From Gammaproteobacteria bacterium (lineage in GTDB: Bacteria > Pseudomonadota > Gammaproteobacteria > Natronospirales > REEB76): a stretch of DNA of 52,680 nt. Under the pieces are notes generated by a model that was not told where the DNA came from, searched no databases, and saw only the letters and a program-made list of their open reading frames with translations. Within the stretch, counting starts at the first letter, position 1. The number at the start of each line of letters is the position of its first letter. A program made the position numbers and the translations under genes. The stretch spans positions 1-52,680 of the forward strand of contig DASSKW010000095.1 in assembly GCA_035690065.1 (NCBI GenBank). The letters are read 5' to 3'. Positions 17,886-27,025 of this stretch are shown piece after piece.

Positions 17886-19355
17886 CTACATGGGAACAAC
17901 ATCGAACTGTTCCTGCGTATATAGCGCTTCGGTCTGTAGCCGGATCGGTTTGCCGATCTGCGTCTCCAGTTCCGCCATCCCGGCAGACTCTTCGTCCAAT
18001 AACAGATCGACTACAGCCGGTGAGGCCAACACCCGCAACTCCTGGACATTGAACTGACGCGTGACCCGCACGATCTCGCGAAAGATGTCGTAACAGACCG
18101 TCTCGGGCGCCTTCAGCGAACCGCGTCCCTGACAGGTTGGACAAGGCATGCATAGCACATGTTCAAGACTCTCGCGGGTCCGCTTGCGCGTCATCTCTAC
18201 CAGCCCCAGAGCGGAGACTTCACTCACCTGGGTCTTGGCATGATCCTTGGCCAGAGCCTGCTCCAGCGCCTGTAACACCAGTTGCTTGTGTTCATCCTGA
18301 TGCATGTCGATGAAGTCGATGATGATGATGCCACCCAGATTACGCAACCGGAGCTGGCGTGCGATCGCCTGGGTCGCTTCCAGGTTGGTCTTGAGGATGG
18401 TCTCTTCGAGATTGCGGTGTCCTACATACGCGCCGGTATTCACGTCGATGGTGGTCATCGCCTCGGTCTGGTCCAGGATCAGATAACCACCCGACTTGAG
18501 TTGCACCTTGCGTTCCAGCGCTTTCTGTATCTCATCTTCGATACCGTACAACTCGAAGATGGAACGCGCGCCCGTGTATTGTTCGATACGCGGCGCCATC
18601 GCGGGTATGAACTTCTCGGCGAACAGGCGGATACGGGCGTGGGCCTCGGCGGAATCCACCTGCACCTGTTCCACTTCGGTGCCAAACAGGTCGCGCAGGA
18701 TACGGACCGCGAGCGGCAGATCCTCATGCACCAGTTCACCGGGCTTTGCCTCTGCAGCATGCGTGTCGATCGCTTCCCAGAGCCGGTTCAGGAACAGCAT
18801 GTCGGCACGCAAGGCTTCCGGTTGTGCGCCTTCGCCGGCGGTCCGCACGATGTAACCCCCCGCCGCCACCGACGGCGCGAACGCAGTCAACAACTCACGT
18901 AACCGTTCGCGCTCTGCTTCATCTTCGATACGCGTGGACAAGCCAATATTCTTTCCGGCTGGCAGGTACACCAGATAGCGTGACGGGATACTGATGTGTG
19001 TGGTCAGACGCGCGCCCTTGCTGCCAAGCGGATCTTTCAGGACCTGCACCAGGATTTCCTGCCCTTCGTGCAACAGTTCACGGATATCCACCGGCTCCGC
19101 ATGCTCGTCCTCATGATCGGCATAGGCGACCTTGGCGATATCGCTGGCGTGCAGAAACGCAGTCCGCTCCAGTCCCGCATCGATGAAGGCGGCCTGCATG
19201 CCGGGCAACACCCGCGACACCTTGCCTTTGTAGATATTACCGACCAGACCCCGACGTCGCGTGCGCTCGATATAGAGCTCCTGCAACACACCGTTTTCCA
19301 GCAGCGCCACCCGCGTCTCGCGCGGCGTGACGTTAATCAGGATTTCATCACTCAT
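17886..19355 (-). CDS. rng: ribonuclease G
   Basis: 489-aa ORF starting MSDEILINVTPRETRVALLENGVLQELYIER, followed by GNIYKGKVSRVLPGMQAAFIDAGLERTAFLH (S1 domain). It lies downstream of maf. Confidence 0.93.
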   Translation of the reverse strand: MSDEILINVTPRETRVALLENGVLQELYIERTRRRGLVGNIYKGKVSRVLPGMQAAFIDAGLERTAFLHASDIAKVAYADHEDEHAEPVDIRELLHEGQEILVQVLKDPLGSKGARLTTHISIPSRYLVYLPAGKNIGLSTRIEDEAERERLRELLTAFAPSVAAGGYIVRTAGEGAQPEALRADMLFLNRLWEAIDTHAAEAKPGELVHEDLPLAVRILRDLFGTEVEQVQVDSAEAHARIRLFAEKFIPAMAPRIEQYTGARSIFELYGIEDEIQKALERKVQLKSGGYLILDQTEAMTTIDVNTGAYVGHRNLEETILKTNLEATQAIARQLRLRNLGGIIIIDFIDMHQDEHKQLVLQALEQALAKDHAKTQVSEVSALGLVEMTRKRTRESLEHVLCMPCPTCQGRGSLKAPETVCYDIFREIVRVTRQFNVQELRVLASPAVVDLLLDEESAGMAELETQIGKPIRLQTEALYTQEQFDVVPM

Positions 19356-19387
19356 GTGTCAGTTTCGAACCTAAGGGGTGAGGAGTA

Positions 19388-19441
19388 AGGAGTGGCAACA
19401 GATGCGACACTCCACACTCCTGACACCTCACGCTCTGAACA
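19388..19441 (-). promoter_or_regulatory. imperfect 17-bp inverted repeat in the maf-rng spacer (possible processing or attenuation hairpin)
   Basis: gtgaggagtaaggagtg (19388-19404) pairs with cactcctgacacctcac (19425-19441) at 15 of 17 positions. The arms are rich in GGAG/CTCC. Confidence 0.3.
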
Positions 19442-19445
19442 TCAC

Positions 19446-20042
19446 TCAAACCTGCTTCATCATTATCTCCAGTCCTGCCTGACGCAGAAGTTCCGCGGTC
19501 TCAAACAACGGCAATCCCATGACGCCGGAATAACTGCCGACAAGACCCGTGATGAACACTGCACCGAGCCCCTGGATAGCATAACCGCCGGCCTTGTCAG
19601 CCGGTTCACCCGTATCCCAGTATGCCTCGGCCTCGGCTGGTGCGAGGTCGCGAAACCTCACCTCGCTGGTACTGAGTGCCTCCAACAAACCATCCGCTGT
19701 CCACAGTGCAACGGCCGACAATACCTGATGACTGCGCCCGGCAAGCCGTGCCAGCATCGCCAGCCCCTCCCCACGATCATGCGGTTTGCCAAGGATCCTG
19801 TTGCCCACCACCACTGACGTATCGGCGGCCAGTAACGGCGCTGGCGGCGACCCGCCGAATGTTCGCACTGCAGCCATGGCCTTATCATGCGCCACACGTC
19901 GCACATAGTGTTCCGGGGATTCAGCAGGTCGGACATTTTCATCTACCGGTGCAGTCACGATCTCGAAATCCAGTCCCAACTGCCGCAACAATTCTGCGCG
20001 GCGCGGCGATTGGGATGCGAGATAGATGAAACTGTTTTTCAA
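19446..20042 (-). CDS. maf: Maf-like nucleoside triphosphate pyrophosphatase
   Basis: 198-aa ORF containing IYLASQSPRRAELLRQLGL and GGYAIQG motifs. Confidence 0.9.
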   Translation of the reverse strand: MKNSFIYLASQSPRRAELLRQLGLDFEIVTAPVDENVRPAESPEHYVRRVAHDKAMAAVRTFGGSPPAPLLAADTSVVVGNRILGKPHDRGEGLAMLARLAGRSHQVLSAVALWTADGLLEALSTSEVRFRDLAPAEAEAYWDTGEPADKAGGYAIQGLGAVFITGLVGSYSGVMGLPLFETAELLRQAGLEIMMKQV

Positions 20043-20061
20043 CGTCGCAAACTCCAGCTAT

Positions 20062-20532
20062 TCATGCGCGATGATATGGATGGTGTTTGAGGATCGACAA
20101 CGCCCGATACAACTGCTCGGCAACCACGACTCGCACCAGTCCATGCGGCAGCGTCAATGGCGAAAGTGACCATCGGGTCTCGGCACGTTCGGTACAGACA
20201 GGCGCCAATCCATCCGGGCCGCCGATCAATAACGCAAGATCACGGCCGTCCTGTAACCAGCGATCGAGTTTCTTGGCCAGCTCTTCGGTACTGAAAGCGC
20301 GCCCCTGTACCTCGAGCGCGATGACATGCGCGCGGCCCGGAATTGCCGCCATCATGCGCGTACCTTCTTCGGCGATGGCTTTCACGCTGTCGCCACTGCG
20401 CCGGCTGGCACCCAGCGGGATCTCTTTCAAGGTCAGCCGGCATTCCGGCGGCAGCCGTGCCGCATATTCGTCGAATCCCTGATTGATCCAACCCGGCAAA
20501 CGCGTACCGGCGGCCAGCAGGTGGATCTGCAT
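20062..20532 (-). CDS. rlmH: 23S rRNA (pseudouridine1915-N3)-methyltransferase RlmH
   Basis: The ORF-track 206-aa frame was trimmed to ATG 20532, giving MQIHLLAAGTRLPGWINQGFDEY.. (156 aa). The C-terminus is SLSPLTLPHGLVRVVVAEQLYRA. Confidence 0.93.
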   Translation of the reverse strand: MQIHLLAAGTRLPGWINQGFDEYAARLPPECRLTLKEIPLGASRRSGDSVKAIAEEGTRMMAAIPGRAHVIALEVQGRAFSTEELAKKLDRWLQDGRDLALLIGGPDGLAPVCTERAETRWSLSPLTLPHGLVRVVVAEQLYRALSILKHHPYHRA

Positions 20533-20534
20533 GT

Positions 20535-20909
20535 TCAGCGCCGTTTGCGGGCTGCGGTCGAAGGTGCTGCAGTCTCCGCGGCAGACTCCTGCATGCTCCA
20601 GAGTTTTTCCAGATTGTAGAAATCGCGCACCTGCGGCCGCATCACATGCACGACGACGTCGCGCAGATCCACCAGCACCCATTCGCCTTCCTGTTCGCCT
20701 TCGACACCCATGGGCTTCACGCCCGCTTCCCGGGCCTTGTCGAGCACGCTGCTGGCCAGCGATTTGACATGGCGATCGGAATTCCCGCTTGCCACCACCA
20801 TGAAATCAGTAAGCGGTGTACTACCGCGGACGTCGAGCGCACGCACCTCCACGCCTTTCATGTCTTCGAGTGCCGCTACCACCAGATCGCGCAATTGTTC
20901 GGGAGTCAT
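20535..20909 (-). CDS. rsfS: ribosomal silencing factor RsfS (iojap)
   Basis: Contains LEDMKGVEVRALDVRGSTPLTDFMVVASGNSDRHVKSLA and WVLVDLRDVVVHVM..RDFYNLEKLW. The start was chosen at ATG 20909 (GGTG upstream, no overlap with nadD). The ORF track extends to 20945. Confidence 0.9.
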   Translation of the reverse strand: MTPEQLRDLVVAALEDMKGVEVRALDVRGSTPLTDFMVVASGNSDRHVKSLASSVLDKAREAGVKPMGVEGEQEGEWVLVDLRDVVVHVMRPQVRDFYNLEKLWSMQESAAETAAPSTAARKRR

Positions 20910-20916
20910 CCTGTGT

Positions 20917-21555
20917 TCACCTTTTTGCATAGCATTTCGATTCAATCAGTATGTCGCGCACCGCTGCCGGCACCAGATAACGCGGGTCGCGCCCGGCGGC
21001 GATGCAATCGCGTACCAGCGTGGCGGATATCTCCAGTTGCGTTACCGGTTGCAACAATACGCAGCCGGACTCAACGCGCGTCAACTCCGTCGCTGAAGCG
21101 CTCAAGCGCGGAGTCACCACTTCCCCCAGCACACCTTCGTTCCTGAAGGTCCAGCCGGGACGGTGCGCCACTACCACGTGCGCCAGTTCAAACAGGCGTT
21201 GCCATTGATGCCAGGCAGGAAACCCCAGAAACGCATCCATGCCGACGATCAATGACAACGCAGCGCCAGGATATTCCCGGCGCAGCTCCGCCAAGGTGTC
21301 GACTGTGTAGCACGGCTGGGTACGGGTGATCTCGCGTTCGTCCACATGAAAACGGGATTCATCTGCCAGTGCCGCCTTGAGCATCGCGAGGCGCAGAACG
21401 GCAGATGCCACCGGCATGTTCCGGTGGGGCGGCATGCCGGTCGGAATGAAACGGACCTGATCCAGGGAAAGCGCATCGAGTATCTCCAGCGCGGGCCGCA
21501 AATGACCCAGATGAACCGGATCGAAGGTCCCGCCGAAGATGCCGATTCTTCTCAT
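20917..21555 (-). CDS. nadD: nicotinate-nucleotide adenylyltransferase
   Basis: Starts MRRIGIFGGTFDPVHLGHL (the GxFxPxHxGH motif). 212 aa. Confidence 0.93.
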   Translation of the reverse strand: MRRIGIFGGTFDPVHLGHLRPALEILDALSLDQVRFIPTGMPPHRNMPVASAVLRLAMLKAALADESRFHVDEREITRTQPCYTVDTLAELRREYPGAALSLIVGMDAFLGFPAWHQWQRLFELAHVVVAHRPGWTFRNEGVLGEVVTPRLSASATELTRVESGCVLLQPVTQLEISATLVRDCIAAGRDPRYLVPAAVRDILIESKCYAKR

Positions 21556-21575
21556 GCCGTGTGGTGCTGTTCCTG

Positions 21576-22586
21576 CTAATTCGGGCTGGGCAAATGCAGG
21601 CCTGCCAGGCTGCCGACCAAGTTTAACAGTTCGTCCCAGGGCTGCCCCCGGGCCTGACCTTTCGTGACGCGATCCACCCGCGCGGCACGGGCCAGGAGGC
21701 GCTGCCAGTCACGGGCCTTGCCACGTTTAAGGGCTTGCTGAAACAGTGGTCGACGTTGCTGCCAGACCCGGCCCAGTACCTGCTGCGCAGGGGTGCCGGC
21801 TTCGATCTGCCAGGCCAGGTTGGCCAGTTCGCGGAGTGTGTAGGTCAGCGCACCGATGATCATGGGCGGCTCGGTGCCTTCCTGCCTTAAGCCGTCGAGA
21901 ATCCTGATGGTCCTGGCCCGGTCACCCGCCAGCGCCGCATCCACCAACTTGAAGGCATCGAAACGGGCGCTATCGGCAGTCGCTTCACGCACCGCCTCCG
22001 CATCCACAGGCCCGGGCCCGCGCAATAACAGCAGTTTCTCGACTTCCTGCACCGCAGCCAGCAGATTGCCCTCGACCCGCTCGGCCAGGAGCGTCACCGC
22101 ATCGGCATCGGGGACCAGGCCGCGGCTGCGCAGGCGCCGCTCCAGCCAGGCCGGTAATTGGCGGGCATCCACCGGCCACACCTGGATCATCACCCCGGCC
22201 TGTTCCAGCGCCGTCACCCAGGCACCCCCGCCGCGTTCCAATTTGCCGCAGGTGACCAGCAGGATGGTGTCGGGAGCAGGATCAGCAGCAAAAGCCTTGA
22301 GTGCCTCGGCACCCTCATCGGCCGGTTTGGTGTTGCCGAGACGGACATCCAGCACCCGCCGGGAGGCGAACAGGGACAGGTTGGCGCTGGCGTTGCTGAG
22401 CAGATTCCAGTCGAAACCCCGTTCGGCTTCGAAGACTTCCCGCTCGGTATAACCCTGGGCGCGAGCCGCAGCCCGCACCGCATCGGCAGCTTCCTCACGC
22501 TGCAACGGCTCCTCGCCCGAGATCAGATAGATCGCAGCGAGATTGGCTTTGAGCTGGCCCGCGAGCCTTTCAGGCGCGAGCTTCAA
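21576..22586 (-). CDS. holA: DNA polymerase III subunit delta
   Basis: The frame has no ATG near the conserved N-terminus. TTG at 22586 gives (M)KLAPERLAGQLKANLAAIYLISGEEPLQ, the typical HolA start. It sits upstream of nadD. Confidence 0.85.
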   Translation of the reverse strand: MKLAPERLAGQLKANLAAIYLISGEEPLQREEAADAVRAAARAQGYTEREVFEAERGFDWNLLSNASANLSLFASRRVLDVRLGNTKPADEGAEALKAFAADPAPDTILLVTCGKLERGGGAWVTALEQAGVMIQVWPVDARQLPAWLERRLRSRGLVPDADAVTLLAERVEGNLLAAVQEVEKLLLLRGPGPVDAEAVREATADSARFDAFKLVDAALAGDRARTIRILDGLRQEGTEPPMIIGALTYTLRELANLAWQIEAGTPAQQVLGRVWQQRRPLFQQALKRGKARDWQRLLARAARVDRVTKGQARGQPWDELLNLVGSLAGLHLPSPN

Positions 22587-22705
22587 ACAATTGATCCGGT
22601 ATACAGGTAACGCATGCCGCCCATGATAATGGCCGGCACCGCCAGGTACCACACACCCAGCACCCCGCTCGGCAGATAGGCCGCGGTGCACAGGGTCAGG
22701 CCCAT
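22583..22705 (-). CDS. possible unannotated 40-aa hydrophobic peptide
   Basis: ATG 22705 to TGA 22583 reads MGLTLCTAAYLPSGVLGVWYLAVPAIIMGGMRYLYTGSIV. GC3 is strongly biased, as in neighbouring genes. The ORF starts 7 nt after the czcA-like stop, and its stop overlaps the holA TTG start. Confidence 0.3.
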   Translation of the reverse strand: MGLTLCTAAYLPSGVLGVWYLAVPAIIMGGMRYLYTGSIV

Positions 22706-22712
22706 CCTCGGA

Positions 22713-25700
22713 TCAGACCTGCAGCCGGTCGCCCGGGCGCGCGACGAGGGCATACAACACCGGCATCAGGAACACACCGATGATCAGGCGCGTGATCATG
22801 CCGCTGACGATGACCAGCGCGAACGGTCGCTGTGAATCCGTACCCACGCCGGTGGCGATCGCTGCCGGCAGCAAACCGAGCGCTGCGACCAGGGCCGTCA
22901 TCATGATCGGCCGCAAGCGCAGGATCGCGGCTTCACTGATCGCCGTGCTGAGAGGCATCCCGTCGCGCCGCAGTTCGTTGACGCAGGAGATGTAAACCAC
23001 GCCCGTCAACACGGAGACTCCGAACAGGACGATGAATCCGATCCCGGATGATACCGAGAACGGCGTACCGGTAGCCCACAATGCGACGATGCCACCGACC
23101 GGTGCCGACAGCAGCACGCCCAGCACAGTGATGAACGGAAACTTGAAGTTGCCATACAGCACGAACAGCAAACCGAAGATCAGCATCACGGTCAACGGCA
23201 GAATCACATCGAGCTGCGCGCGTGAGGCTGTGTACTCCTTGTATTCGCCGCCCCAATCCATCCGGTAACCTTGTGGCAACTTGATCTGCTTCGCGACCTG
23301 CTGAATCGCGTCATTGACCGCGCCCGCGAGATCGCGCCCGGCCACCGAGAACTGCACGCCGATGTAGCGCGAGTTGTCCTCACGGTAGATGAACGAAGCC
23401 CCGTTCGCGACCTGGATATCTGCCAGATCCTTGAGCGGGATCTCCTGCCCGGTGGGAGTGGCCACGGGAATATTGCCTATCGCCTGCGGGTTGTCGCGAT
23501 ATCTGGATTGCAGACGCACGACCAGATCGAACTGTTTTTCACCCTGCACCACTTCGGTCGCCACATCGCCGCCGATGGCGGCCTTGATCAGGCCGTTGAT
23601 GTCAGAGACGTTCAAGCCGTAGCGGGCGATGCTGGCACGATTGATCCTGATCGCCAGATTGGGTTGCCCCAATTCGTGTACCAGGGTCACGTCGGTGATG
23701 CCGCGCACGTGTTGCAGAACCTGTTCGATGGCCTTGCCTTTCTTCTGCAAGGTCACCAGATCGGGGCCGAATATCTTGACTGCCAGTGCGCTCTTCAGGC
23801 CGGTCTCCGCCTCGTCCACTGCATCTTCGGCAGGTTGAGTGTAATTGAAGTTGATGCCGGGGAAGACCTGGAGTTTCCGGTCGATCGCATCGATCAATGC
23901 CTGTTTGTTGCGGTACTTGCCATCCCACTGCGAATAGGGTTTCAGGCCGACGAAAAATTCCACATTGAAGAAGCCGGTCGAATCGGTGCCGTCGTCGGGA
24001 CGACCGAGTTCCGAAGTGACTGTGGTAACGACCGGAAATGAGCGCAACACGTCACGGATCTGCGGCGTGATCTTCGCCGCTTCGTCATAAGAGATGGTGT
24101 ACGGCATGGTCGCGCGCACCCACAATGCCCCTTCGTCCAGATGCGGCATGAATTCGGCACCGATCCGCGGCACCAACAATAGTGAAAGCACCAGCAGGAC
24201 GGCCGAGACGGATGTCGTCCACCAAGGATGGCGAAGCACAAGCTCAAGCCAGCGAATGTACGCGGACTTGATCTTCTCGAAGATGACGTTGCGCCGCTCG
24301 CGCACGCCCTTGCGCATGAACAGCGCACACAGCACTGGTAGCAGGGTCAGGGTCACGATCAGCGAGCCGATCAGCGCGAAGATCATGGTATCGGCCATCG
24401 GTTTGAACAGCGTGCCGGAAGGGCCAGTCAATACATAGATCGTCAGGAAGCTCGCGACGATTACCGCGACTGCGTAAACCAGCGGGCGATCGACTTCCGA
24501 AGCCGCCTTCTGGATGACCGCCTTGATATCGATCGGCTCGCCGCGTTGTACAGCCAGCTCACGGAAGATGTTCTCGACCATGAAGATCGCACCGTCCACG
24601 AGGATGCCAAAATCCACGGCTCCTATGGAAAGCAGATTGGCCGAAGCGTTCTTCATATTCAGACAGAAGAATGCGAACAGCAGCGCCAGCGGGATGGTGA
24701 CAGCGACGATCAGGCCGGCGCGGATGTCGTACAGGAAGAAGACCAGCACAGCGATCACCAGCACCATGCCCAGCAACAGGTTGTGCTCCACCACCTGCGT
24801 GGTTTCTGCAATCATGTCACTCAGGTCGTAGAAGGCATGGATCCGGATATCCTTGGGCAGCACTCCATCATTCAGCTCCCTGGTCTTGGCTTCGACCCGC
24901 TTGAGCACGTCCTGGGTCTTTTCCCCAGTACGCATCAGAATCACGCCTTCCACGGCATCATTCTGACTCATATACCCGAATTCACCGAGACGTGGAGCGA
25001 TACCGATCTTCACGCTACCGACATTCCTGACCAGGATCGGGGTGCCATCGTGCACCGCCAGGACTACATCACCGATGTCCTCGATCGTCGTGAGCCGCCC
25101 CAGCCCGCGCACGTAGAAGAACTGTCCACCCTGCGAATAGAAACCACCGCCGGAGTTTCCGTTGTTGGCCGCCAGCGCGGCCTCCACCTGCGCTACTGTC
25201 AGGCCGAGCGCGGCGATCCTGACAGGATCCAGCAACACCTGATACTGCATGTCGCCGCCACCGAAGGCCGAGTCGTCGGCTACGCCGGAGAGAGACCGAT
25301 ATTGCGGCGCGATGACCCAGTCCTCCCAGGTCTTGAGTTCCATCGGTGAACGGTCGGTACTTTGCAACACGTAGCGATAGATGAGACCCGATGGCGAAGA
25401 CAGCGGCGACACCGATGGCGTCACCCCGTCGGGTAAATCGATCGAACTCAAACGATTGAACACGCGCTGGCGCGCGAAGTAGTTGTCGGTACCATCCCGG
25501 AACGTCATGGTGACATCCGAGAGCCCGTACAACGAGATCGACCGGTTGCTGACCAGTTTTGGAATACCGCTCATCCCCAGCTCCACCGGAACCGTGATCA
25601 GCCGTTCCACTTCTTCGGCGGAATGCCCTGGCCACTGCGTGACGACTTCCACCATCGGTGGCGAAAGATCGGGGTAAGCATCCATCGGCAGGTGCTTCAG

Positions 25701-25838
25701 CGCCCACACTCCAGCGCCGACCAGCAATAGCGACAGCAATATCATCAGCGCCCGTTGCTCCAGTGCGAAGGCCACGATCCGGTTGATGATCGACGTCGGA
25801 TCCGGCTGCGGACTATTCGGTGAATGAATCTCGTTCAT
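22713..25838 (-). CDS. heavy-metal efflux RND pump, CzcA/CusA family (HME-RND)
   Basis: 1041-aa ORF. The N-terminus INRIVAFALEQRALMILLSLLLVGAG is typical of CzcA. The TM4 motif AVDFGILVDGAIFMVEN has the D-x5-D-x6-E spacing of CzcA. Confidence 0.92.
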   Translation of the reverse strand: MNEIHSPNSPQPDPTSIINRIVAFALEQRALMILLSLLLVGAGVWALKHLPMDAYPDLSPPMVEVVTQWPGHSAEEVERLITVPVELGMSGIPKLVSNRSISLYGLSDVTMTFRDGTDNYFARQRVFNRLSSIDLPDGVTPSVSPLSSPSGLIYRYVLQSTDRSPMELKTWEDWVIAPQYRSLSGVADDSAFGGGDMQYQVLLDPVRIAALGLTVAQVEAALAANNGNSGGGFYSQGGQFFYVRGLGRLTTIEDIGDVVLAVHDGTPILVRNVGSVKIGIAPRLGEFGYMSQNDAVEGVILMRTGEKTQDVLKRVEAKTRELNDGVLPKDIRIHAFYDLSDMIAETTQVVEHNLLLGMVLVIAVLVFFLYDIRAGLIVAVTIPLALLFAFFCLNMKNASANLLSIGAVDFGILVDGAIFMVENIFRELAVQRGEPIDIKAVIQKAASEVDRPLVYAVAVIVASFLTIYVLTGPSGTLFKPMADTMIFALIGSLIVTLTLLPVLCALFMRKGVRERRNVIFEKIKSAYIRWLELVLRHPWWTTSVSAVLLVLSLLLVPRIGAEFMPHLDEGALWVRATMPYTISYDEAAKITPQIRDVLRSFPVVTTVTSELGRPDDGTDSTGFFNVEFFVGLKPYSQWDGKYRNKQALIDAIDRKLQVFPGINFNYTQPAEDAVDEAETGLKSALAVKIFGPDLVTLQKKGKAIEQVLQHVRGITDVTLVHELGQPNLAIRINRASIARYGLNVSDINGLIKAAIGGDVATEVVQGEKQFDLVVRLQSRYRDNPQAIGNIPVATPTGQEIPLKDLADIQVANGASFIYREDNSRYIGVQFSVAGRDLAGAVNDAIQQVAKQIKLPQGYRMDWGGEYKEYTASRAQLDVILPLTVMLIFGLLFVLYGNFKFPFITVLGVLLSAPVGGIVALWATGTPFSVSSGIGFIVLFGVSVLTGVVYISCVNELRRDGMPLSTAISEAAILRLRPIMMTALVAALGLLPAAIATGVGTDSQRPFALVIVSGMITRLIIGVFLMPVLYALVARPGDRLQV

Positions 25839-27025
25839 TGGGATTGGATGAAACGCAGGAAGATGCCACCGTCGACTACGACCTTCTCGCCAACCTTGAG
25901 ACCCTCGGTGATGACGGTCAGGTCGCCGTCACGATAACCTGGCGTCACGTGCTGGCGTGCGTAACTGCCGTCGGGTCGCACGACGTACACAAAGGGCAGG
26001 TTGTCGTCATCGCGCAGGATCGCTGAAACCGGTATCGCGAAGCCCGTATTTTCGTCACTGGAATGTATCCGTACCTCCACATACATCTGTTTCTTGAGCA
26101 GGTCGCCCGGATTCTCGACGACCACGCGCGCCAGTACCGACTGGGTATTGGGATCGACCTCCGCCGCCACGTTGGTGACTGTTCCAGTCAAACGCTTCAT
26201 CCCGGGACCGATTGACACTGTTGCGTGATCGCCGGGATGGACCGAACCGATATCGGACCCGAATATCTGCGCCATCACCCAGACGCGCGAAAGTTCGGCG
26301 ATGGTGAAACACGGAGAACTGCCCGCCTGCAACAATTGCCCGGGTGTGATCGACTTCTCCACCACCGTCCCTGCAATCGGCGACCGGATCACACCTGTCA
26401 CTTCGATTACCGGCCGCCCTTGCTGAATATCCGTGATCGTCTGCGTATCGACCTGCAGTGCACGCAACGCCTGTAATGCCGCATCGCGATCGGATGCCGC
26501 ACCGATGGCATCGGCCTGCGCCTGTGCATTCTCGCGTTGCGAAATCGCATGATGTGCCACGAGATCCCGGTCGGTTGCAGCGAGCTGATCAGCAGCGCTG
26601 GCCGCCGCTAGCGCCTTCTGGTATGCGCCGATAGCGGCCGCGAAATCGGGCGAGGCCACTGCGGCAAGCGCCTGGCCTTTTCTGACTTTCTGCCCGAGGG
26701 TCACCAGTAGTTTCGTCACCGGACCGGAAAATGGTGCCAGCACACTGGTGGATTGATCATGATCGAAATCCACTACACCGGTAGTATCGACCGTGGTATG
26801 GAACTTCGATGTCGTGACAGTGAAGAGGCCGATGCGCTGCTGCTGCGCCGCAGTCAACGTCACATTGTGCGGTGTCGCCGATGTCTGCGCCTGCTTGCCC
26901 TTGCCAGACGAGCAAGCGACCAGCACCAGCACCGATGCTCCCGCCAGAACGGCAATTGCAAATCTGTGACCTTCACCATGGTGAAGATGCGTCGATGTGT
27001 ATCGAGGATGATCTTTCATGTTCAT
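25835..27025 (-). CDS. RND efflux periplasmic adaptor (membrane fusion protein, CzcB-like)
   Basis: The start is placed at ATG 27025 (ATGA overlap with the upstream OMF stop). It has a lipobox-like VLVACSS and MFP-type beta-barrel and lipoyl segments. An ATGA overlap joins it to the pump gene. Confidence 0.85.
   Translation of the reverse strand: MNMKDHPRYTSTHLHHGEGHRFAIAVLAGASVLVLVACSSGKGKQAQTSATPHNVTLTAAQQQRIGLFTVTTSKFHTTVDTTGVVDFDHDQSTSVLAPFSGPVTKLLVTLGQKVRKGQALAAVASPDFAAAIGAYQKALAAASAADQLAATDRDLVAHHAISQRENAQAQADAIGAASDRDAALQALRALQVDTQTITDIQQGRPVIEVTGVIRSPIAGTVVEKSITPGQLLQAGSSPCFTIAELSRVWVMAQIFGSDIGSVHPGDHATVSIGPGMKRLTGTVTNVAAEVDPNTQSVLARVVVENPGDLLKKQMYVEVRIHSSDENTGFAIPVSAILRDDDNLPFVYVVRPDGSYARQHVTPGYRDGDLTVITEGLKVGEKVVVDGGIFLRFIQSQ

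Noticed and set aside
22587-22691. ATG-initiated N-terminal extension of the holA ORF (371-aa version)
   Set aside because: The extension does not look HolA-like. A TTG at 22586 gives the conserved MKL.PE.L start. The region is better explained by the 40-codon ORF in another frame.
23271-25349. 256-aa and 267-aa plus-strand ORFs inside the RND pump gene
   Set aside because: They are antisense shadows of the czcA-like gene.
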